This document shows, one piece after another, positions 54,201 through 64,000 of a DNA stretch of 64,000 bases. How positions within the stretch are numbered: the stretch's first letter is position 1; the number at the start of each line of letters is the position of its first letter. The stretch comes from an uncultured bacterium (GTDB taxonomy: Bacteria; Patescibacteriota; Minisyncoccia; Phycocordibacterales; PALSA-1337): assembly GCA_963701025.1 (NCBI GenBank), contig OY969557.1, forward strand, positions 442,042 through 506,041, read 5' to 3'. The position numbers and the translations under genes were made by a program. Under the pieces are notes generated by a model, which had not been told where the DNA came from, made no database searches, and saw only the letters and a program-made list of their open reading frames with translations.

Positions 54201-54672
54201 CACTAACGATCACTTGTATGTCCCCAACCTCGGTCGTCGGGTCTCCTGCCCCGTTGCCAGTTACTGTTATAGTGTACGGTGTATCAGTCCAGTCGCTATC
54301 AAATCCACTGACACTTACTTTATATGTTCCATTAGGTGTCGTCGTCGGTACGGAAAATATAAGAGATGATCCATCACTGAGGAACATCATCTATTCCATA
54401 ATATGTACCATCGCTTGTTGTCTGACCGTGTGCTTTTGGTATCAGATTATTCAAAAAATTCCATACAGCATCAAACGTTGAATGTACATTTGCTTCAAGG
54501 ACAGAAGACGGGACCAATGAGGTCGGAGAAACTGGGGTAAGCTTGATCATATTACCAGATGTATCGAATCCTGAACCGGAGACTTTGAAAGTGTTAGTCG
54601 TGGCTCCAGTTACGGGGATGACGCCGCTTACAGCAGGTGGCGCTAAAAAAGTACTGTGATGGTAGAAAAATA
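54100..54672 (-). CDS. N-terminal Ig-like/beta-rich fragments of the giant surface protein (two frames)
   Basis: TNTFKVSGSGFDTS...GTYYGIDDVPQ (54374-54672) and GTYKVSVSGFDSDWTDTPYTITVTG (54100-54390) are related beta-strand repeats in different frames. Confidence 0.4.
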
Positions 54673-54688
54673 ATTATTTATTGCACTG

Positions 54689-56119
54689 CTATCTGGAGGT
54701 GCCGCGCATGAAGCTACTGGTGGAGTCTTCGTCATGCTGTAAGTCGAATGTGCCTCCATAACTAAATGAGTTAATGGTGAAAGGTGCTTCATTCGTTACC
54801 ATTCCTTGAAACAATATATTTATTTCATTACTATTCAGACCATATTTCGTACCGATATCATTGATAGCTTCCTTGATATATTTGACGACTTTCAATCTTG
54901 ATTTAGTACTTATCTGTTTAATACTAAGCGAACTACCTACCTGTACGTCTGGACCGGGATTTAATAATAAGGCCATTCCTAACGATATACTATCAGATAG
55001 ACTCCGCCCGGGAAGAGCCAGGGCGCTTATTATTTTTTTTATAGAATCACTCGGAGTATCTAGGCCCACTAAACCAACAAGGCTTCCAACATTGATGAGG
55101 GCGCTAATATACCATGGGGTAGAGACACTCCCTATAAGCTGATTGGGTAATCTGTCATATATGGCTTTCAATTGTTGGGAAGAAGTCGTATCTGAACCAC
55201 TCGGACAACCCATGGTCACACTTGCGACATTACTATAACCAGTGAATGTGCCATCCGAAAAAGACGTTCGAACACGATATTGATAAGACGTGCCACCGAC
55301 GACGTCTAGATCATTAATAGATTGCACCAGCTTTGAAACTTTCTTGATTTCGGAAAAAGAACCGCCGGACGTAGAGCGCTCGATGCTAAAGTAATCTGCT
55401 AGACCTGATGAATTATCTTTCCATGAAAGAGTCACTTGTGTCGGCGAGGTAGCAATCGCTGTCAAGTTCGATGGAGCATTCGATGCCAGCGCGCTTGCGG
55501 GAATAATCATCGTCACGGAACCGATGGTAACACTGATACTGCCTTTGCTGGCGATATCGTTGGCTACAGTCTGGTTGTATGGGATTTTCAAAGTAAAACT
55601 GTTCAATTTTACAGGCAAGACATTGAGAACAGTTGTGGCTCCTGTAACACTTGTCGGTGTTGCCCCTGAATATATAGCAGTAAGACTTATAGAAAAATCT
55701 GTCGACGATATGGAAATATTGAGTCCGTATGGGCCGTCCGGCTGACCTGTGCCACCGCCGTTTTGTACATGGGTAGGACCATAAGAAATAGCGCCTGGAG
55801 CCAAAGAAATTTGTCCTGCAGAGGAATTTATATAGGCCTGAGTCCAATTCGTGCTTGCGGGACACCATGAAGAACCCGGCCCAACGCTTACTCCGCCAGA
55901 GAACGTGAATGTTCCATTGACAGAGTAGCATGTCGAAACATTGACGCTCATTGGCGATGTTTGAACGCAATTGCCATATTTATCATAGACTCCTTGCGCG
56001 GATGTTCCCACATAACAAGGAAAACCGAGTTGGGCATTCGCTACCCTTGTCGGTGTGAAAAATGAAACCGCAAGCATCAGAACAAAAACCATCGGCACAA
56101 CCGCCACATATTTTTTCAT
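54689..56119 (-). CDS. secreted FN3-domain surface protein
   Basis: Sec signal MKKYVAVVPMVFVLMLAVSFFTPTRVANA. Internal LSWKDNS...YQYRVRTSFSDG FN3 signature. Confidence 0.7.
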   Translation of the reverse strand: MKKYVAVVPMVFVLMLAVSFFTPTRVANAQLGFPCYVGTSAQGVYDKYGNCVQTSPMSVNVSTCYSVNGTFTFSGGVSVGPGSSWCPASTNWTQAYINSSAGQISLAPGAISYGPTHVQNGGGTGQPDGPYGLNISISSTDFSISLTAIYSGATPTSVTGATTVLNVLPVKLNSFTLKIPYNQTVANDIASKGSISVTIGSVTMIIPASALASNAPSNLTAIATSPTQVTLSWKDNSSGLADYFSIERSTSGGSFSEIKKVSKLVQSINDLDVVGGTSYQYRVRTSFSDGTFTGYSNVASVTMGCPSGSDTTSSQQLKAIYDRLPNQLIGSVSTPWYISALINVGSLVGLVGLDTPSDSIKKIISALALPGRSLSDSISLGMALLLNPGPDVQVGSSLSIKQISTKSRLKVVKYIKEAINDIGTKYGLNSNEINILFQGMVTNEAPFTINSFSYGGTFDLQHDEDSTSSFMRGTSR

Positions 56120-56162
56120 AAAAATTAATTTGTTAGTGATGATGACATACTACAACCAATTA

Positions 56163-56173
56163 CCCCCCCCCCC
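56163..56173 (-). promoter_or_regulatory. homopolymeric G11 (C11 on plus) tract in promoter of surface protein gene
   Basis: tacccccccccccgcaaatg lies 44-54 nt upstream of the ATG at 56119. On the minus strand it reads TTTGCG-G11-TAATTGGTTGTAGTATG. Confidence 0.6.
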
Positions 56174-56227
56174 GCAAATGGGCGGTTATTAACATGCCAT
56201 CTGCTACGCCGGACCTCATAGTGAATA

Positions 56228-57361
56228 CTATACACCGATAAATTCTGAATAATTATCGCGATTGATTACTTTCAATTCTTTCCCTTTTATATCATCCTCA
56301 AAAATCTCCCTCGTCGCACGGCTTATACTGCCTTTGGTGAACTTGAATTCATAGCCGTTTAACACACCGCCCTCATCTTCGAATAGATCGATCTCTTGCA
56401 TGTCATACGAGCGAAAGAAATAATACGCCGGATCAAAATTATTGGCGGAGTTTCGTTTCATCCTCTCGAGGATCATGTAATTCTCCCATAGGGATCCGAC
56501 GTCATTTCTCGTGGCGAGAGAATTGAAATTATTGATGAGGGAATTCCTAATGCCAAGATCATAGAAGAAATATTTTTTGAGCTTGGATATGGATTTCCTT
56601 TTATTGGAAGCATAAGGAGATACGGAGAATAGTATGTAAAGCTTTTCGCATATTTCGAGATATCTTTTGACTGTGTTTTTATCTATGCCGAGAGTCCCGG
56701 CCAGCTCTGAAAGCGAGACTTCATTTCCGCTTTGCAAGGCCAGTGCTTGAAGAAGCCTCCTCAAATCATCGGGGTTTCGTATGATGCCGAGAGCCAGAAT
56801 GTCTTTGAACAGATAATTCGTCGTGATGTTTTTTATAATCTCTTTTTTCGTTTCAGCGTCAGGGGCCGTGATGACTTCGGGGTAAGAGCCGTATATCAAA
56901 CGGCTTTCCAACGATTCGCGAAGTTCGATGGGGTTCTTGCCGAGAGAGAGCTCCATTTCCGCGATCGGGAACATGGTGTATGAAAAAAATCTTCCGGTCA
57001 GAGGTTCAGAGACCGACTTTGCCAGATCAAAAGAAGAAGAGCCGGTTACTATGTAATTTTTTTGCGGAAAATTATCAAAAATTATTTTGAGCGATAAGCC
57101 GATATTAGCCACTTTTTGCGCCTCATCGATCACGACAGTATCGTATTTTTTTACCAACGAGCCGAGCTTCTCGAGATTCGCCGATTCGAACAAGACGCGT
57201 GTTTCATCTAGATCGCAATTATAATAAACACTATCTTGTCCTGAAAGAAATTCTTTTACAAGAGTAGTTTTCCCAACTTGCCGTGGTCCATAGATAATAA
57301 GGATTTTTTTCTTGCCTAAATTATTCTTGATTTTCTCCTGTAAATATCTGTGTATTTTCAT
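56228..57361 (-). CDS. AAA ATPase with DUF4143 (paralog of 21659-22783)
   Basis: GPRQVGKTTL, VIDEAQ. Confidence 0.8.
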   Translation of the reverse strand: MKIHRYLQEKIKNNLGKKKILIIYGPRQVGKTTLVKEFLSGQDSVYYNCDLDETRVLFESANLEKLGSLVKKYDTVVIDEAQKVANIGLSLKIIFDNFPQKNYIVTGSSSFDLAKSVSEPLTGRFFSYTMFPIAEMELSLGKNPIELRESLESRLIYGSYPEVITAPDAETKKEIIKNITTNYLFKDILALGIIRNPDDLRRLLQALALQSGNEVSLSELAGTLGIDKNTVKRYLEICEKLYILFSVSPYASNKRKSISKLKKYFFYDLGIRNSLINNFNSLATRNDVGSLWENYMILERMKRNSANNFDPAYYFFRSYDMQEIDLFEDEGGVLNGYEFKFTKGSISRATREIFEDDIKGKELKVINRDNYSEFIGV

Positions 57362-57548
57362 ATGTTTTTGTGTTAAATCACCATTTTTATACTAATTTGG
57401 TGGTTAGATTCACTATATTATACAGAAATCGGTGAATCGGTCAAATACGGTTGCTATTTTATATAATTAACTGGGTTATTTTAACACCATATCATACACT
57501 TAACCCTGTTAAATATAGAGCCAAACTCGTGGACAGTGTATGGTAATA

Positions 57549-58316
57549 TTACGCCGTCAAAATCTCCGCATCGCTTTTGGTGATAAGCACCGTGTGCTCG
57601 AAATGAGCAGATGGTTTGCCGTCCGCGGTGCGATAGGTATAGCCATCCTTACCGAGAGTGACGTGCCGCGCGCCCTGATTGAACATGGGCTCGATGGCTA
57701 TGACCATGCCGGGCTTAAGGGCGGCGCCTTTTCCAGCATCTCCGTAGTTAGGCACATAAGGATCTTCGTGGACGTCGTAGCCGACGCCGTGGCCAGCAAG
57801 CTCCTCGACGATGCCGTACTTGCCGGCTGCGCCGACACGCTCAATGGCGGCGCTTATGTCGCCGACTTTCTTGCCGCCCTTTGCGGCTTTGATCCCAGCC
57901 GCGAGCGCTTCTCTGGTCACGCGCAAAAGTCTTTCCAGATCGGCCGATATCTTCCCCACCGGCACGGTCACCGCCGCATCGGTGATAAGCCCGCGATGGA
58001 CAAGGCCGAGGTCGAGCGTGACGATGTCCCCTTCCTTTAGGACCTTATTGCTTTCATTCGGTATACCGTGGACAACCTCGTCGTTGACGGACACGCATAG
58101 GGCCGCCGGGAATGGACGACGCGCGCCGGAAGGTTTGTAATCGAGAAATGCCGGCCTGTCCCCGTTATCGGCGATGAGCTTCCTGGCGCGGTCTTCAAGC
58201 TCCGCGGCACGGACGCCCGGCTTCACCAAAGCCGCTAATTCCCGCAGGATAGCCGCATGTCGTTTGCCACCTTCGCGCAGGATGGCGATGTCTTCCTTTG
58301 TCTTTATGGTTATCAT
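57549..58316 (-). CDS. map: type I methionine aminopeptidase
   Basis: Metal-binding D/D/H/E/E pattern (DLG, HGVG, EPM, HFEHT). Confidence 0.85.
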   Translation of the reverse strand: MITIKTKEDIAILREGGKRHAAILRELAALVKPGVRAAELEDRARKLIADNGDRPAFLDYKPSGARRPFPAALCVSVNDEVVHGIPNESNKVLKEGDIVTLDLGLVHRGLITDAAVTVPVGKISADLERLLRVTREALAAGIKAAKGGKKVGDISAAIERVGAAGKYGIVEELAGHGVGYDVHEDPYVPNYGDAGKGAALKPGMVIAIEPMFNQGARHVTLGKDGYTYRTADGKPSAHFEHTVLITKSDAEILTA

Positions 58317-58347
58317 GAAAAGCGCCGAAACGGCGCGCATGTACACA

Positions 58348-58944
58348 CTAGCTCAAACCGAGCCGCTTCACAATGTCGGCATGGATTTCTTCAATGGAGC
58401 GTTCACCGTTGATATCGACAGAAAATTGACAATCCTGGTTGTCGCGATAATATTCCACTACCGGCACAACTTCAGTCTCATACCATGAAAGACGCTCTTG
58501 TATGTCTTCTTCGCTATCATCCGCACGCTTGCGGAGCAATAATCGTTTCAACGACTCTTCCGGACCGATATCAACATGTATGACCCATGGATTGTCCAAG
58601 CCATAAAAACCGAATACGGAGTCAAGCACTCCTGCTTCATGTAAACGCCTCGGCGTACCGTCAAATATGATGTGTTGATCTCCCGTAAAATGCTCGTTGA
58701 GAATTTTAACCCATAGATATGTAGCCACAAACTCCGGTTCAAGTTCGCCGGCGTCGTATATCTTCTTGGCGATCTTCTCAGTATACGTGTCACCTTTGAT
58801 GAAGTTCCTGAATTCCTCGCCGGTCTGCACGTAGAGACTGCCGTGGGAAGGATCAACCTTCTTCAATGCATCAATCAGAAGCCCCGCCTGCGTTCCCTTG
58901 CCCGAACCGGAACGGCCAATGAAGATAAAGGGTTGAGGTTTCAT
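58348..58944 (-). CDS. adk: adenylate kinase (short, no Zn lid)
   Basis: P-loop GRSGSGKGTQ. Confidence 0.85.
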   Translation of the reverse strand: MKPQPFIFIGRSGSGKGTQAGLLIDALKKVDPSHGSLYVQTGEEFRNFIKGDTYTEKIAKKIYDAGELEPEFVATYLWVKILNEHFTGDQHIIFDGTPRRLHEAGVLDSVFGFYGLDNPWVIHVDIGPEESLKRLLLRKRADDSEEDIQERLSWYETEVVPVVEYYRDNQDCQFSVDINGERSIEEIHADIVKRLGLS

Positions 58945-59216
58945 TGCGAACTATTATACCCTATATGCGAAAGAGCCGGGGGAGAAAATCTTTGAATCAT
59001 GGGTGAAGGATCTTATTCCTTTCTAGAAAATTTTTATATACATTCAATCCAATCTATGTTTTAAAATACCTACGTTTAGAGGCATGCTTTGACAAACTAC
59101 ACAACAAAATAATGACACACCGTGTCAAGCGGAAATATGCCGATGGGACATCCCCGTCCCCTTCGGTTCTTTGCTTTAAAAGCGCCGGTTTTTCTCCCTG
59201 CTTCTTTCTTCTTATC

Positions 59217-60488
59217 CTAATACTCCCTCATCGCCACTTGCGCGTCTATCTTCTTCAAGAGGTCGAGAACGACGGAAACGACGATGAGAAGGGCCGTGCC
59301 GCCGATGGCGAGAGTGGTGCCGCCGGTGAAGGATTGCATGGCGAGCGGCAGGACGGCCACGATGCCGAGGAAGAAGGCGCCGACGAGAGTGATGCGGGTG
59401 ACGATATTGGCGAGATAGTCGCGGGTATGGTCACCGGGACGGACGCCGGGGATGAAGGCGCCTCCCTGCTGGAGATTCTGGGAGATCATGGCGGGATCAA
59501 AGGTGACCGCGGTATAGAAATAAGTGAAGGCCACGACCAGGAGGAAGTAGAAGCCGCCGTAGACCCACGGGTTGTTGAAGAAAAGGGCGAACGACGTGGC
59601 ATACGCGGCGACGGTGGCGTTCGAGGCGTGAGTCAGGAAATTAGCGATGATCTGGGGGAAGAGCAGAATGGACAGGGCGAAGATGATGGGGATGACGCCG
59701 GCCTGGTTCAGGCGCAGAGGCAGATAGGTGGAAGCGCCGCCGTAGACTTTGTTGCCGCGGACCTGTTTGGCATAGGTGACCGGCACAGAACGCTCGGCTT
59801 CGGTTACGTAGACCACGCCGGCGACCACGATGAGAGCGATGACCAGAACGGCGAGATAGACGGCGACTTGGGAAGGATCGAAGGTCGTGGTGAATTGGAT
59901 GGCGTCCTTGGGCAGGCGGGCGACGATACCGGCGAAGATGATGAGGCTGACGCCGTTGCCGATGCCAAATTCCGATATGAGCTCGCCGACCCACATGAGG
60001 AGCATGGACCCGGCGGAGACGACGATGACTGATATGGCGAGAGAGGACGTCGAAAGGTGCGGCAGGACGTTCTGATTCTCCAGAAGAAGTATGAAACCGA
60101 TCGCCTGGATCAAAGCCAAAGGAGCGGAGAGGAGGCGCGAATACTGCGAGAATTTCATGCGGCCGGCTTGGCCCTCTTCATGCATGAGGGCTTTCCACTT
60201 CGGGAACATCATAGTGAGGAGTTGGATGATGATGGACGCAGTGATGAAAGGTCCCACGCCCAGCATGACGATGGAAAGGTTGGAAAGGCCACCGCCGGAA
60301 AAGATGTTCAGGAAGCCGAAGAACTGGCTGGACGAGAGCAGTTTGGCCAGATTGGCGGCATCGACACCGGGGATCGGGATGGCCGCCAGAACGCGGAAAA
60401 CGACGAGAGCGGATACGGTGAAGCCGATCCTTTTGCGTAGGATCGGATCTTTGAAGGCCATCGTCATTTTTTGCCAGAAGTTTTGCAT
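59217..60488 (-). CDS. secY: preprotein translocase SecY
   Basis: 10-TM SecY. GA-rich polypurine tract immediately 3' of the stop. Confidence 0.9.
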   Translation of the reverse strand: MQNFWQKMTMAFKDPILRKRIGFTVSALVVFRVLAAIPIPGVDAANLAKLLSSSQFFGFLNIFSGGGLSNLSIVMLGVGPFITASIIIQLLTMMFPKWKALMHEEGQAGRMKFSQYSRLLSAPLALIQAIGFILLLENQNVLPHLSTSSLAISVIVVSAGSMLLMWVGELISEFGIGNGVSLIIFAGIVARLPKDAIQFTTTFDPSQVAVYLAVLVIALIVVAGVVYVTEAERSVPVTYAKQVRGNKVYGGASTYLPLRLNQAGVIPIIFALSILLFPQIIANFLTHASNATVAAYATSFALFFNNPWVYGGFYFLLVVAFTYFYTAVTFDPAMISQNLQQGGAFIPGVRPGDHTRDYLANIVTRITLVGAFFLGIVAVLPLAMQSFTGGTTLAIGGTALLIVVSVVLDLLKKIDAQVAMREY

Positions 60489-60517
60489 GATTTGAGGCTG
60501 ATTCCCTTAAGTATACC

Positions 60518-61075
60518 CTATTTTTTTACCGGCTTGGCTTTAACAGCCTTCTTCGCCTTGGCAGGAATGACAGCCTTCGGAGTGCCGACGATGCCGCCGG
60601 CGCCGGGATTCTTCACGATGACCTTATCGGCGAGGACGACGACTTCCCCCTTTGCCTTCTCGATCTTCTCCTTGGCCGAAACGGAGATGAAGCAGCCGGA
60701 GACTTTGAAAGCCTTGGTGATCTCGCCGTCGCCAAGGATCTTTATCGCGGGAATGCGGCCGGACTGCGTTGATACGACGCCCTTTTCGATGAGCGTCGCC
60801 GGAGTGACGGCGTCGCTGGCCTTGAAGGCGTCTTCGAGGCGGCCGACATTGACGACGGTCATGTAGTCGGAGACAGGCTTGTTCTGATTGACGCCGCGAC
60901 CGCGCAACTTGGGCAATTTCTTTATGATGTCGCGCCATTCGGGACGGCGTTTGTTGCCGGCGCGAGCTGATTGGCCTTTGCCTCCGCGTCCAGCGGTCTT
61001 GCCGCGCTTGCCGCCGCGGGCGACGATCATGCGCGCTCTGTTCGGATGAATTCTTTTGAGTTGGTGGGATTGCAT
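60518..61075 (-). CDS. rplO: 50S ribosomal protein L15
   Basis: GRGGKGQ... basic protein. Follows S5 directly (no L30). Confidence 0.85.
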   Translation of the reverse strand: MQSHQLKRIHPNRARMIVARGGKRGKTAGRGGKGQSARAGNKRRPEWRDIIKKLPKLRGRGVNQNKPVSDYMTVVNVGRLEDAFKASDAVTPATLIEKGVVSTQSGRIPAIKILGDGEITKAFKVSGCFISVSAKEKIEKAKGEVVVLADKVIVKNPGAGGIVGTPKAVIPAKAKKAVKAKPVKK

Positions 61076-61092
61076 GGTATTGGAAATGACGC

Positions 61093-61911
61093 CTAGGCCT
61101 GATCCTTGTCGGCATTCGTAGCTTCTTTGATCTCTTTCGGCTTTTTACCGCGCATGGTGGCGCGGGATATGCGGGAGAGCTTGTCGAGGGCGGCTACGGC
61201 GGCCCGGGCGATATTGATCTTATTCTTCGAACCGGACATGATCTTGGCGGCTATGTCGCGGATGCCGGCCAGCTCGATGACCACGCGGGCAGATGAGCCG
61301 GCGACTACGCCGCTACCGCGGGCCGGGAAGATCATTATGCGGGCCGAGCCGAACTTTGCCTCCGTGGCATGCGGGATGGTCATGGCGGCGGACAGAGGGA
61401 CTTTGATGAGGTGCTTCTTGGCTTCGCGGGTGGCCTTCTCTATGGCGAGCGAGGTGTCGCCGGCCTTGCCGAGACCCACGCCGACGCGGCCTTTTTTGTC
61501 TCCGGCTACCACGGCCACGCTGAAACTGTAGCGACGGCCACCGGAAGAAACACGGGTGACGCGACGGATGTCTATCATCTTGGCGTCGAACTCCGGTTTG
61601 ACGCGCTCGCCGCGATCATTACCGCGGTTTCCGGAACGGCCTCCCCTGCCTCCGCCGCGAGAGTCACGGCCGACGCCTGAACGGCCTCCCGAACGAGCTG
61701 AATCGCGCATCTTGCGGCCTGGAGTGATCCTATTCGGAGCCACGGGCGCTGCGGAAACGGCGGCATCCAGCGGAACGGCGACCGGCTCCGTCCTTTCCGA
61801 GACTGCGGCTTGCTTGGCTGCGGCGTCCAAAGCCGCCTTGCCTGCCTGTCCGGTAGGCAGGTCATTCAAAGCGATGTCATCCGTATTGGTCTGTATGTCT
61901 TGTTTTGGCAT
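61093..61911 (-). CDS. rpsE: 30S ribosomal protein S5 with about 100 aa RGG-rich N-terminal extension
   Basis: C-terminal two-thirds is canonical S5. N-terminus is low-complexity (GGRSGVGRDSRGGGRGGRSGNRGNDRGER). Confidence 0.8.
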   Translation of the reverse strand: MPKQDIQTNTDDIALNDLPTGQAGKAALDAAAKQAAVSERTEPVAVPLDAAVSAAPVAPNRITPGRKMRDSARSGGRSGVGRDSRGGGRGGRSGNRGNDRGERVKPEFDAKMIDIRRVTRVSSGGRRYSFSVAVVAGDKKGRVGVGLGKAGDTSLAIEKATREAKKHLIKVPLSAAMTIPHATEAKFGSARIMIFPARGSGVVAGSSARVVIELAGIRDIAAKIMSGSKNKINIARAAVAALDKLSRISRATMRGKKPKEIKEATNADKDQA

Positions 61912-61926
61912 GATCTTATTAATGCA

Positions 61927-62280
61927 TTAAAATTCCAATCCTCCTTCGCGGGCGCCCTCGGCCACCAGCTTGATCTTGCCGGCATAGAGATAGCCTCCGC
62001 GGTCATAGACGACTTTCTTCACTTTGGCGGCGACGGCCTTCTTGGCTAGGCCCAAGCCGACTTCCTTGGCCCGATCGGCCGGACTCTTGCCCTTGGCTTC
62101 CTTGGAAGAGAAGGCCACCAGGGTGTTGCCTTTCGTATCGTCGATGAGCTGGGCGTAGATGTAACGGTGAGATTTGAAGACGGACAGGCGAGGACGCTCT
62201 GCTGTGCCGGCGATCTTCGCGCGCACACGAGCCGCCCTACGGGCGAATCGTGCGTTCTGGGTTTTGATGATTGATTTCAT
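61927..62280 (-). CDS. rplR: 50S ribosomal protein L18
   Basis: ...[20 protein letters not shown]... Confidence 0.85.
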   Translation of the reverse strand: MKSIIKTQNARFARRAARVRAKIAGTAERPRLSVFKSHRYIYAQLIDDTKGNTLVAFSSKEAKGKSPADRAKEVGLGLAKKAVAAKVKKVVYDRGGYLYAGKIKLVAEGAREGGLEF

Positions 62281-62318
62281 GGTATTTGTGACATTCCTTA
62301 GCAAGTATTCGTATTATA

Positions 62319-62867
62319 TTACGCCGCCTTCTTGCCTTGTTTCCTGCGGATGACCTCGTCGGAATAGCGGATACCCTTCCCCAGATACGGCTCCGGCTTC
62401 TTCATGGCACGCACGACGGCCGCGAATTGCCCGACTTTCTCGCAGTCGATGCCGGAAATGGTCACCGTATTCTTCTCGGAGGTCACTTTGAGATCGGCCG
62501 GCACGGGCACGTGGATCTGATGCGAGAAACCGACGTTCAGCACGAGATCCTTGCCTTTCACGTCGGCCTTGAAGCCGATGCCTTCCACGATGAGCTTCTT
62601 TTCGTACGGCTTCGATACGCCGGCGATCATGTTCCTGATGTGGGAAGCGTAGGTGCCGATCATGGCTTTGGCCTGGAGCGTATTCCTGGTAGTAACCAGA
62701 GCGATTTCCTTGCCCCCGGCTTCGTTTGCGGCTACAGTAACCGACACATCGTCGCGAAAATTCTTGGACAATGTTCCGAGCGGACCCTTGACCGTCATGA
62801 CGCCAGCGGCAAAAGCAGCTTCTGTCTTGGCTGGGATCAATATTGGTTTCTTGGCGATTCTGGACAT
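62319..62867 (-). CDS. rplF: 50S ribosomal protein L6
   Basis: Two L6 alpha/beta repeats, 182 aa. Confidence 0.9.
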   Translation of the reverse strand: MSRIAKKPILIPAKTEAAFAAGVMTVKGPLGTLSKNFRDDVSVTVAANEAGGKEIALVTTRNTLQAKAMIGTYASHIRNMIAGVSKPYEKKLIVEGIGFKADVKGKDLVLNVGFSHQIHVPVPADLKVTSEKNTVTISGIDCEKVGQFAAVVRAMKKPEPYLGKGIRYSDEVIRRKQGKKAA

Positions 62868-62904
62868 GGCGGTTAATTGGAGATTGAGTATTGAAAATTG
62901 GAAA

Positions 62905-63294
62905 TTACCATATCTTGAATAGAATCTCGCCGCCGAGCTTGTTCTTCTTGGCCTCCATGTCGGTCATGATGCCTTTGGAAGTGGAGAGAACTAGATTGCC
63001 GAAGCCGCTCCTGAATGAACGGATATCGCTGGCTTTCTGATATAAGCGGCGGGACGGCTTGGACAAGCGCTCTACCCCGTGGATGCGCGGCTCGCCGTCG
63101 AAGTAGACCAGGCCGAGCTCGATCTCTCGCCTGGTCTTCGACTTCTCGACTGAAGATAAATAGCCGGCCTTCTTCAGGCTGTGGGCCACGTTCTCGGCGA
63201 ACTTCGAGGCGAGGACCGCAACGGATGCTTTCTTGGCGTCGCTACCGTTCTTGATGCGGATGATGAGGTCTGATATAGGGTCGGTTACCATGAT
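62905..63294 (-). CDS. rpsH: 30S ribosomal protein S8
   Basis: MVTDPISDLIIRIKNG ... FKIW. Confidence 0.85.
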   Translation of the reverse strand: MMVTDPISDLIIRIKNGSDAKKASVAVLASKFAENVAHSLKKAGYLSSVEKSKTRREIELGLVYFDGEPRIHGVERLSKPSRRLYQKASDIRSFRSGFGNLVLSTSKGIMTDMEAKKNKLGGEILFKIW

Positions 63295-63326
63295 AGTAAT
63301 TGAAAATTGGAATTGAGAATTGGTGA

Positions 63327-63512
63327 TTACCACGAAGACTTCTTGATACCGGGAATGGCGCCTTCGTTGGCGAATTCGCGGAAACAGATGCGGCACATGT
63401 CGAAGTCGCGCATATAGCCGTGCTTCCTGCCGCAGCGGAAACAGCGCCGGACCACGCGCGACTTGAATTTCGGCTTTTTCTTGGAGCGGGCTATGACTGC
63501 TTTTGTGGCCAT
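63327..63512 (-). CDS. rpsZ: 30S ribosomal protein S14 type Z (zinc-binding)
   Basis: 61 aa, CFRCGRKHGY...CRICFRE. Confidence 0.9.
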   Translation of the reverse strand: MATKAVIARSKKKPKFKSRVVRRCFRCGRKHGYMRDFDMCRICFREFANEGAIPGIKKSSW

Positions 63513-63735
63513 GTGTATTTCCGCAAAATAAATCGGACTGGTCAGCTATTCGGCCGGTCTTTCGAGCCGGGCGCGACGTGCTTCCAATCATTTCCTCATA
63601 AAAACCTGGTTTTGAGAGGTAAGGATGATACTAGCAGATGGGTGAAAAGGAGTCAAACCAGCGGGTAAGAAAGCGTCCGGGGAATCGTCTGGATTTAATG
63701 GGAAAGCACCTATTACCAATATTAAAATAACCAAC

Positions 63736-64000
63736 ATGAAATACAATCTCATTCGTACTTCCATAGGCATAGGGTCGGCGGGTATACTCGGAGCGCTCGC
63801 GTATTGCTGCGCCGCCGCGTTCGTCCAAGCACAGGCCTTCAATCCGATCTCATCCCAGGCCGGAGCCGGTTCGACAGGCGTCGCAGTATCCGCCCTCCAG
63901 AGATTCCTGGCGAGCGACCCCGCGGTTTATCCGCAAGGGCTCGTCACCGGCTATTACGGACCGCTGACCGCCGACGCCGTGACGAACTTCCAGATCGGCT
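63736..64000 (+). CDS. secreted peptidoglycan-binding (PG_binding_1-like) domain protein, 3'-truncated by window edge
   Basis: Signal peptide MKYNLIRTSIGIGSAGILGALAYCCAAAFVQA, then LQRFLASDPAVYPQGLVTGYYGPLTADAVTNFQ. Confidence 0.5.
   Translation, partial: MKYNLIRTSIGIGSAGILGALAYCCAAAFVQAQAFNPISSQAGAGSTGVAVSALQRFLASDPAVYPQGLVTGYYGPLTADAVTNFQIG

Overview
This 64 kb window is a chromosomal segment of a small-genome bacterium with moderately high GC. Gene content and organisation suggest a CPR/Patescibacteria-like organism: there is no L30 between S5 and L15, S14 is the Zn-ribbon type, several promoters sit 6-7 nt upstream of the start codon, and a large type IV pilus/competence cluster is present. 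The housekeeping core comprises pyrG, ftsEX, prfB, gatCA, ligA, tyrS, recG, ftsH, smpB plus tmRNA, infC-rpmI-rplT, ndk, map-adk-secY and rplO-rpsE-rplR-rplF-rpsH-rpsZ. A large type IV pilus locus holds pilM, pilN, pilO, pilB, a CheY-like regulator, pilT, pilC, pilD, at least seven prepilin-like genes and comF. Nine tRNAs and one tmRNA were found. tRNA-Thr(GGU) is interrupted by a 190 nt candidate group I intron. A free-standing HNH endonuclease sits between it and tRNA-Thr(CGU). A tRNA-Ile carries the rare UAU anticodon. No rRNA and no CRISPR array were seen. Accessory content: (1) a frameshifted large serine recombinase beside tRNA-Gln at the left edge; (2) an AT-rich island at 39.1-41.4 kb with a three-gene operon that includes a caspase-like protein, flanked by tRNA-Ile(UAU); (3) degenerate toxin-antitoxin remnants and GC-hairpin repeats between the pilin genes; (4) a roughly 5 kb surface-protein locus with perfect tandem duplications and a G11 tract in its promoter; (5) an ApbE / FMN-binding / DoxX extracytoplasmic flavoprotein module. 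Two patterns run across the whole window: many single-base frameshifts in otherwise well-conserved genes, and short GA-rich insertions (often ending in an A-run) inside conserved enzymes.
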